In this document: piece by piece, positions 26,230-32,000 of the stretch
Layout of the letters: each line of letters starts with the position of its first letter
How positions within the stretch are numbered: the first letter of the stretch is position 1
The notes under the pieces: generated by a model
What the model was told of the DNA's origin: nothing
What the model saw: the letters and a program-made list of their open reading frames with translations, nothing else
Database searches by the model: none
Position numbers and translations under genes: made by a program
Assembly (NCBI RefSeq): GCF_000007185.1
Contig: NC_003551.1
Coordinates: forward strand, 750,001 to 782,000
Length of the DNA stretch: 32,000 nucleotides
DNA from: Methanopyrus kandleri AV19
GTDB taxonomy: Archaea > JAADCQ01 > Methanopyri > Methanopyrales > Methanopyraceae
Direction of reading: 5' to 3'

Positions 26230-27129
26230 GTGGAGATCAACGGAGTACCTGTAGAGGACACGTTCTGTGAGGCTTTCAAAGGCTTGTACGCACGGTTCAT
26301 CGTGACGGCTGCCGACGAGCGTCCCTTGCGTGAGGCTGCTGAGAACGTCGCCGCTCTGCCGGCTACCGTCTTCGGCGAATCTGAGGCAGGCGTGGAACGC
26401 TGGTTGGACCCGGAGGAGACCCCGGACGGTCGCCCGGGGTTCGTCGCTCAGATGTGGGTGGAGTACGGTGATGACGCCGTGAAGAAACTGGAGCACGAGC
26501 TCGGGAAGCGCATACGTCAGGGTGTGCTGGTACGACCGACCACCAGGGTATTCGACGCTTGCGAGGATCCGGACGGCTACATCGACACGGAACGCCCCAT
26601 CGGCCGTTGCGCCGACGGGTACGAATACACCGACGTACGTTTCGACCGGGAGATGGTCCACGTTCCGATCATGATGGGCGAGTTCCTGATCGAGCGTCGG
26701 CTGGGGTACGCGGAAGGTGTCGCAGGGGGCTTAGTATGGCTGTTCTGCGAAGACGTCGATGCCGCGCTCGAAGCCGGTTACCGGGCCGTTGAGGCCCTGC
26801 GAGACGTAGAAGGCGTCATCACTCCCTTCAACGTCTGTGCCGCCGGTTCGAAGCCCGAAACTATCTACCCGGACATCGGTCCGACGACCAACCACCCATA
26901 CTGTCCGACCCTCCGCGATAGGATCCTCGACTCGAAGGTCCCGGAAGGTGTCGAGGCGATCCCCGAGATCGTGATCAACGGGGTCTCGCTCGACGTGGTG
27001 AAGCGAGCGATCGGAATCGCTATCGAGGCCGCCACGGAGGTTGACGGCGTCGTCAAGGTGTCCGCCGGGAACTTCGGAGGTAAACTCGGCGACTACAGGA
27101 TTCCGCTGCGGGAGTGCATTCGGGAGTGA
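26230..27129 (+). CDS. Formylmethanofuran:tetrahydromethanopterin formyltransferase paralogue (Ftr-2/FhcD-like)
   Basis: VEINGVPVEDTFCEAFKGLYARFIVTAAD, EAGVERWLDPEETPDGRPG, RPTTRVFDA, VPIMMGEFLIERRLGYAEGVAGG, VEGVITPFNVCAAGSK, KVSAGNFGGKLGDYRIPL. Track start 26110 extended; GTG 26230 fits the domain start. Confidence 0.88.
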   Translation: MEINGVPVEDTFCEAFKGLYARFIVTAADERPLREAAENVAALPATVFGESEAGVERWLDPEETPDGRPGFVAQMWVEYGDDAVKKLEHELGKRIRQGVLVRPTTRVFDACEDPDGYIDTERPIGRCADGYEYTDVRFDREMVHVPIMMGEFLIERRLGYAEGVAGGLVWLFCEDVDAALEAGYRAVEALRDVEGVITPFNVCAAGSKPETIYPDIGPTTNHPYCPTLRDRILDSKVPEGVEAIPEIVINGVSLDVVKRAIGIAIEAATEVDGVVKVSAGNFGGKLGDYRIPLRECIRE

Positions 27130-27132
27130 GGA

Positions 27133-28026
27133 GTGTTGGACGTAGTGGGTCTCGGCGCCCTCAACGTGGACGAGCTTCTGTACATCCCTCGAATGCCCGA
27201 ACGCGACGATTCGGTACCTGTCGAACGGAGAGTACGGCGGGGAGGGGGATCCGCGGCGAACACTATCTGTTGGCTCGCCCACCTCGGGAGAGAAGTGGGG
27301 TTCGTCGGGAAAGTCGGCAGCGATGATGCTGGGGATCTCCTACTCCGGGAGTTCGAAGAGTACGGCGTCGATACCTCCAGAGTCGTCAGGGGTGACGGAC
27401 ACAGCGGTACGGCGTTCTGTCTGGTCTCCGGAGACGATAGGAGAATCCTCGTCGATCCCGGGGTCAACGACGAGCTTCGACCGGATGAGGTCGATCTCGA
27501 TTACATCCGTAAGGCCCGCGTACTCCACACCAGCTCGTTCATCGGATTACGATCGGAGACGTCCCTAGAGACCCTGAAGCGGACCATGAAGGCGGTAGCG
27601 GACGAGCTGATGGTGACTTTCTCTCCCGCCACGATGGTCTTGCGTGGCTGGTCCTACTTGGAACCGTACTTCGAAGCCGCCGACGTCGTGTTCCTCAACG
27701 AGACGGAGGCGGTTCACTTGACGGGCGATATCGAGGAGACCCTCAATAGGCTGGCCGAACTCGTGGAAGTAACGATCGTCACCCGCGGGTCCGACCCCGC
27801 GATCGTCCAAGAAGGGACCGAGATCTCGGAAGTGGCCCCGGAGCCCGTTCCGGAGGAGGACATCGTAGATCCTACGGGGGCGGGGGATGCCTTCGCGGCC
27901 GGATTCATCGAAGGTATTCTACGGGGTGAACCGGCCGACCGGTGCTGCGAGCGCGGTCACGCGGTAGCCGCCGAGTGTCTGAGAATCGAGGGGTGCCGCC
28001 CTCCCACGGAAGGACGCTCCGAATAG
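27133..28026 (+). CDS. PfkB-family carbohydrate/nucleoside kinase
   Basis: GLGALNVDELLYIPR, GGSAANTICWLAHLGREVGFVGKVGSDDAGDLL, DPTGAGDAFAAGFIEGIL. Confidence 0.92.
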   Translation: MLDVVGLGALNVDELLYIPRMPERDDSVPVERRVRRGGGSAANTICWLAHLGREVGFVGKVGSDDAGDLLLREFEEYGVDTSRVVRGDGHSGTAFCLVSGDDRRILVDPGVNDELRPDEVDLDYIRKARVLHTSSFIGLRSETSLETLKRTMKAVADELMVTFSPATMVLRGWSYLEPYFEAADVVFLNETEAVHLTGDIEETLNRLAELVEVTIVTRGSDPAIVQEGTEISEVAPEPVPEEDIVDPTGAGDAFAAGFIEGILRGEPADRCCERGHAVAAECLRIEGCRPPTEGRSE

Positions 28027-28041
28027 TGGCTCCGAGGATAA

Positions 28042-28764
28042 TCACCTCGGGATGAAGTCCACGAGCTTGTGCACTTGCGGCAACACCCGCACGTCGGCGT
28101 TCACCAGCCCGGCTAACTCCCAAAGATCCTCGAGGTCGTGCTCAGAGCCCGTCGCCGGTTGTAGGTATATCGGTTCTACACCCAGCCGATGAAGCCCCTT
28201 CAGTGCGCTCTCAGCGTGCTGGTAACATTCCTCGTCCACCAGTACTACCTTAGCGTAAACCTCCGCGCTGATCCTCTCGAGGAACCTCAGACAACGGTCG
28301 GGAAAATCGTCCATGTTGGGTCCGTGTGACGGCAGTTTCACGTCCGCGGAAACTACATCCGCCAATTCGTCGATCAACGGAGCTCGGTCAGGTAGTGAGG
28401 CATTGGTCTCGAGCAGTACCCGGAACCCGCGTTCACGGAGCCTCTCGATCAACTCCTTCAGTGCGCCCCACGGCTGGACGAGAGGTTCTCCCCCGGTCAA
28501 CGAGACGGTTCCGAACGTGTCCTCCAGGTCCTCTAATTCCACCAGCACTTCGACGACGTCCTCCGGTCCGCATGGGACCGGGAGCTCGAGCTCCACCTCT
28601 CCGCTCACACGTCGAATCAGGGCCCTCCGGCGGCTGCTTCGGGAGGCTGGCTCGTCACAGTATGCACATCTCAGGTTACACCCTGAGAATCGGACGAACG
28701 CCTGCGGCTCCCCCACGAACTTGCCCTCTCCCTGCAGTGAGAGGAACACCTCGTACACGTTCAA
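28042..28764 (-). CDS. queE: 7-carboxy-7-deazaguanine synthase (radical SAM)
   Basis: LNVYEVFLSLQGEGKFVGEPQAFVRFSGCNLRCAYCDEP, TVSLTGGEPLVQP, LLETNASLP, DVVSADVKLPS. Start revised to TTG 28764 (TTGA overlap with the upstream gene). Confidence 0.93.
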   Translation of the reverse strand: MNVYEVFLSLQGEGKFVGEPQAFVRFSGCNLRCAYCDEPASRSSRRRALIRRVSGEVELELPVPCGPEDVVEVLVELEDLEDTFGTVSLTGGEPLVQPWGALKELIERLRERGFRVLLETNASLPDRAPLIDELADVVSADVKLPSHGPNMDDFPDRCLRFLERISAEVYAKVVLVDEECYQHAESALKGLHRLGVEPIYLQPATGSEHDLEDLWELAGLVNADVRVLPQVHKLVDFIPR

Positions 28765-29369
28765 TCCAGGCGTCGGACGACCTCTGCCCCCTGTCCCCAT
28801 CCTTCGTCCACCCGGACGCGTAGTTCCTTCAGATTGTCACCCGCCAGCCTGCGTTCCAACTCGTCCGCTAGGTACTCCGCCAAGTCTTCGGCCGATAGTG
28901 AACGGGTAGGGATCAATACAACATCCTCCCTGGGAAACACGTAGCGCTTGCCGTCCGACAGCCGAACCGTGATCTCGTTCCCAGATTCCTCGATCTCGAA
29001 AAGTTCGGACTCGGTCGGTAACAACACCCGATGATCCAAGGGCTTTATCAGCTCTCGCACCGTGCTTTTGAGCTCGTCGAAGTCGTACACGAAGCCGTGT
29101 GGTTCCGTGCGCTCTCCGAGTAGCTCAACCGACACATGGTACGTGTGACCGTGCAAGCGACCGCACTTACCATGTCCTGGAATCACGTGGCACGCCGAAA
29201 ACCTCAGCCCTAACTCCCTACCGTCCAAATACACGCGCGGCAAGCACGCACCCCCGGCCGATGACGAGCAGCCGGAACACCGAGTGGTGACGAGCCCTGG
29301 CTTTACCGAGGCCTCGGGTCGGCGGTTAAGGCCCTCCTCATCGGCTCGGCCACCGCCGTAGGTCCTCAT
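28761..29369 (-). CDS. queD: 6-pyruvoyl-tetrahydropterin synthase/QueD family protein
   Basis: LRFSACHVIPGHGKCGRLHGHTYHVSVELLG, GFVYDFDELKSTVRELIKPLDHRVLLP; next to queE. The N-terminal extension may be spurious. Confidence 0.85.
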   Translation of the reverse strand: MRTYGGGRADEEGLNRRPEASVKPGLVTTRCSGCSSSAGGACLPRVYLDGRELGLRFSACHVIPGHGKCGRLHGHTYHVSVELLGERTEPHGFVYDFDELKSTVRELIKPLDHRVLLPTESELFEIEESGNEITVRLSDGKRYVFPREDVVLIPTRSLSAEDLAEYLADELERRLAGDNLKELRVRVDEGWGQGAEVVRRLD

Positions 29370-29434
29370 CCCCGACTCGACCGGCGAGCTAACAGTATTA
29401 ACGGTGTACCCGGGACGTTCGGGGGTGTCGGAGG

Positions 29435-31207
29435 TTGCCCGTGGTCACGATCCACTACGATAAGCTCGTGAAAATACTCGGAAGGGAAGTCTCGTTCGAG
29501 GAGCTAGCTCATAATCTCATCCCGATGCTCGGTAGCGATGTGGAGCGAATCGACGAGCGTGAAATGGTTATCGAGACAGAGTTCTTTCCGAACCGTCCCG
29601 ACCTGTACAGCGTGGAGGGTGTTGCGCGGGCACTCAAGGGATTTCTGGGGATAGAGACGGGCATACCTGAGTACAACGTTCGTCGCTCGGACGTGGAGGC
29701 ACGGGTCGAAGAGAGCGTACTCGACGCGCGCCCCTGCCTTGCGGTCGCCGTCGTCCGCGGCGTCGAGTTCGAGGACGAGCGTGACTTGGAGCACCTCATG
29801 GAGTTCCAGGAGCACCTCCACTGGGTGATAGGGAGGGACAGGAAAAAGGCTGCGATCGGTATCCACGACTTCGAAGCGGTAGAGCCACCTCTCAGGTACT
29901 TCCTCGCGGATCCGAACGACAGGTCATGGGCGTTCGAGCCACTCGACCACCCGGGCGAAGAGATGACGCCTGCCGAGGTCCTCAGACGGCACGAAAAGGG
30001 CCGGCAGTACGCTCACCTGGTGTCCGACGGGGCCCCGATCCTCGCGGACGAGGAGGGAGTGATCTCGTTCCCTCCGGTGATAAACTCGGAGCGCACCAGG
30101 GTCACGCAGGACACGACGGACCTGCTCATCGACGTGACCGGTACAGATTGGCGATCCGTGTTGGACGCGCTTCACGTGATCGTGTGCAACCTGGCCGAAC
30201 GCGGCGCGGAAATCCTTACCGTTGAGATACTGGGGGCCTACGAGCGGACGACTCCAACGATGGAACTCGATGTATGGGACGTTCCCGTGAGCGAGGCTCG
30301 GAAACTGTTGGGGATCGATCTCTCCGGCGAGCAGCTGGAGGAGCTGCTGGAACGCGCTCGGCACGGGGCGATCTTCGTTCCCGAGGGTGAGCGTGAGCTC
30401 CGGGAGTACCCGCTCCCGGATGTGTACCACATCGAGGCTGATTGGCGTGAGATCCCTCCGATACTCTACGAGGAGGACGTGGTACGGGTCTTCGTAGGGC
30501 CCCGGCGGACGAACATCCTTCACGAGTGGGACCTGATCGAAGACGCGGGGATCATGTACAATTACGACCGGTTCGAGCCCACGGTACCCGACTTCTACAC
30601 GCCATCACGTGCCGATAGGGAGCGCGAATTCATCAACGTCGTGCGTGATACCCTCGCGAGGATGAAGTTCGTCGAGGTGAACTCCCTGACTCTCATCAGT
30701 CCAGAAGAGAACTATCGGAAAATGCGCCTCGAACCGGACGGCCGCGCGGTGAAGTTAGCTAATCCGATTCAGAAGGAGTACACGATCGTACGAACGTGGA
30801 TCCTCCCGTCTCTGATGCGTTTCCTCGCGGACAACAAGCACCGTCCGTATCCGCAACGGGTGTTCGAGCTCGGGGAGGTGATCGAACGGGACGAGGACGC
30901 GGAGACCGGTGCCAAGGACCGGTGGAAACTGGCGCTGGCGATCGCCGGCCCCGGTGTGGGCTTCTCCGAGATTAAGTCCGTGGTGGAGGCACTACTGCGC
31001 GAACTGGACGTCACCGGGTGGGAGATTACCGAGAGAAAACACCGATCATTTATTAATGGAAGGTGCGCCGCCGTACTCGCCGACGGGCGGGAGCTGGGTT
31101 TCTTCGGTGAAATTCATCCCGAAGTACTGACTGAGTTCGACCTCGAGGTGCCCGTAGTGGGTGGGGAGTTCGACGTCGCGGCCCTTAGAACGGCCGCCGG
31201 GTGGTGA
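29435..31207 (+). CDS. pheT: Phenylalanyl-tRNA synthetase beta subunit (archaeal type)
   Basis: VVTIHYDKLVKILG, LIPMLGSDVE, FFPNRPDLYSVEGVARAL, FVEVNSLTLISPEENYRKM, WILPSLMRFLADNKHRPYPQRVFELGEV. Alternative start GTG 29441 has a GGAGG 6 nt upstream. Confidence 0.96.
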   Translation: MPVVTIHYDKLVKILGREVSFEELAHNLIPMLGSDVERIDEREMVIETEFFPNRPDLYSVEGVARALKGFLGIETGIPEYNVRRSDVEARVEESVLDARPCLAVAVVRGVEFEDERDLEHLMEFQEHLHWVIGRDRKKAAIGIHDFEAVEPPLRYFLADPNDRSWAFEPLDHPGEEMTPAEVLRRHEKGRQYAHLVSDGAPILADEEGVISFPPVINSERTRVTQDTTDLLIDVTGTDWRSVLDALHVIVCNLAERGAEILTVEILGAYERTTPTMELDVWDVPVSEARKLLGIDLSGEQLEELLERARHGAIFVPEGERELREYPLPDVYHIEADWREIPPILYEEDVVRVFVGPRRTNILHEWDLIEDAGIMYNYDRFEPTVPDFYTPSRADREREFINVVRDTLARMKFVEVNSLTLISPEENYRKMRLEPDGRAVKLANPIQKEYTIVRTWILPSLMRFLADNKHRPYPQRVFELGEVIERDEDAETGAKDRWKLALAIAGPGVGFSEIKSVVEALLRELDVTGWEITERKHRSFINGRCAAVLADGRELGFFGEIHPEVLTEFDLEVPVVGGEFDVAALRTAAGW

Positions 31208-31210
31208 CAC

Positions 31211-32000
31211 TTGGAGCAGATAGTGAAGAACGCGCTGGAGCGCGTCGAACGAGAGCAGGGGGGCGACGACCCGCCGTCGTCCCGGGGGACCGACGACGAT
31301 CAGGAGTTGATGGAAGTCCTTGAGCGGGCCCGGGCCAGGATACTCGTAGTCGGTGTGGGGGGAGCCGGCAACAACACCGCTACTAGGCTCAAAGAGGAAG
31401 GTATCGGAGGCGCCGAGGTAATAGCGATTAACACCGACGCTCAGGACCTCGTTTCGTGTAAGGCCGACCGGAAAGTGCTCATCGGGTACGAGCTGACCCG
31501 AGGATTGGGTGCCGGTGGTGACCCGCGCGTCGGCGAAGAGGCGGCTAAGGAGGACATGGAGAAGATCAAAGAGGTCGTCGAGGGCGCTGACATGGTGTTC
31601 GTCACCTGCGGTCTCGGCGGTGGCACCGGCACGGGAGCGGCACCGATCATCGCCGAAGTCGCCCGCAAGGAGGGAGCGCTCACGATCGGCGTTGTCACGC
31701 TCCCGTTCTCGGTCGAAGGTAGGAGGAGGATAGAGAACGCCCTTGAGGGTTTGGAACGGTTGAGGCAGGTGGCCGATACGTGCATAGTCATCCCTAACGA
31801 CCGCTTGTTAGAGATAGTCCCGGACCTCCCCATCGCGGCAGCTTTCAAGGTGGCGGATGAAGTCCTCATCAACGCCGTGAAAGGAATCACCGAGATGATC
31901 ACACAGCCCGGTCTCATGAATCTCGACTTCGCCGACGTGAGAGCCGTGATGGAGAACGGAGGTTTCGCCCTGATAGGCATAGGCGAAGCCGAGAACGATT
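31211..32000 (+). CDS. ftsZ: Cell division GTPase FtsZ, C-terminally truncated by the window end
   Basis: Manual translation from TTG 31211: [49 protein letters not shown]...[41 protein letters not shown]...[30 protein letters not shown]. Absent from the ORF track because no stop lies inside the window. Confidence 0.95.
   Translation, partial: MEQIVKNALERVEREQGGDDPPSSRGTDDDQELMEVLERARARILVVGVGGAGNNTATRLKEEGIGGAEVIAINTDAQDLVSCKADRKVLIGYELTRGLGAGGDPRVGEEAAKEDMEKIKEVVEGADMVFVTCGLGGGTGTGAAPIIAEVARKEGALTIGVVTLPFSVEGRRRIENALEGLERLRQVADTCIVIPNDRLLEIVPDLPIAAAFKVADEVLINAVKGITEMITQPGLMNLDFADVRAVMENGGFALIGIGEAEND

Noticed and set aside
1-32000. CRISPR arrays, transposons, prophage or defence islands
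   Set aside because: No regularly spaced direct repeats, transposase/integrase motifs or terminal inverted repeats were seen; gene content is housekeeping and methanogenesis-related throughout.

Overview
The window is about 94% coding, high-GC and archaeal. Its gene content (methanogenesis marker proteins 2 and 3, F420-dependent sulfite reductase, formylmethanofuran:H4MPT formyltransferase paralogue, aTrm56, many acidic proteins) fits a hyperthermophilic Methanopyrus-like methanogen; this is inferred from content, no search was run. I support about 30 CDSs. They include purQ/purS/purC, a FIST-domain protein, a tightly overlapping run (DUF2117-like, marker 2, marker 3, B12-type radical SAM, TyrA-like), fsr with a winged-helix regulator and a small sulfite-reductase-like protein, trm56, a metallophosphoesterase, SAM hydroxide adenosyltransferase, nnr, an ABC-ATPase/GTPase/Fe-S trio, DUF89, an S2P-like membrane protein, YjbQ, MscS, an Ftr paralogue, a PfkB kinase, queD/queE, pheT and a truncated ftsZ that the ORF track does not list. 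I saw no tRNA, rRNA, CRISPR or mobile element. The points most worth a second look are: (1) an in-frame TGA at 20538-20540 that separates the N-terminus of the ABC ATPase from its Walker A motif; (2) a perfect 20-bp palindrome at 18009-18028 that holds mirrored ribosome-binding and TTG start signals for two divergent genes; (3) an S2P-like membrane protein whose HExxH motif is degenerate (KEIAK); (4) the marker-protein and radical SAM run joined by 4-nt stop/start overlaps; (5) the fsr/regulator/Dsr-like locus sharing one TATA-like element.
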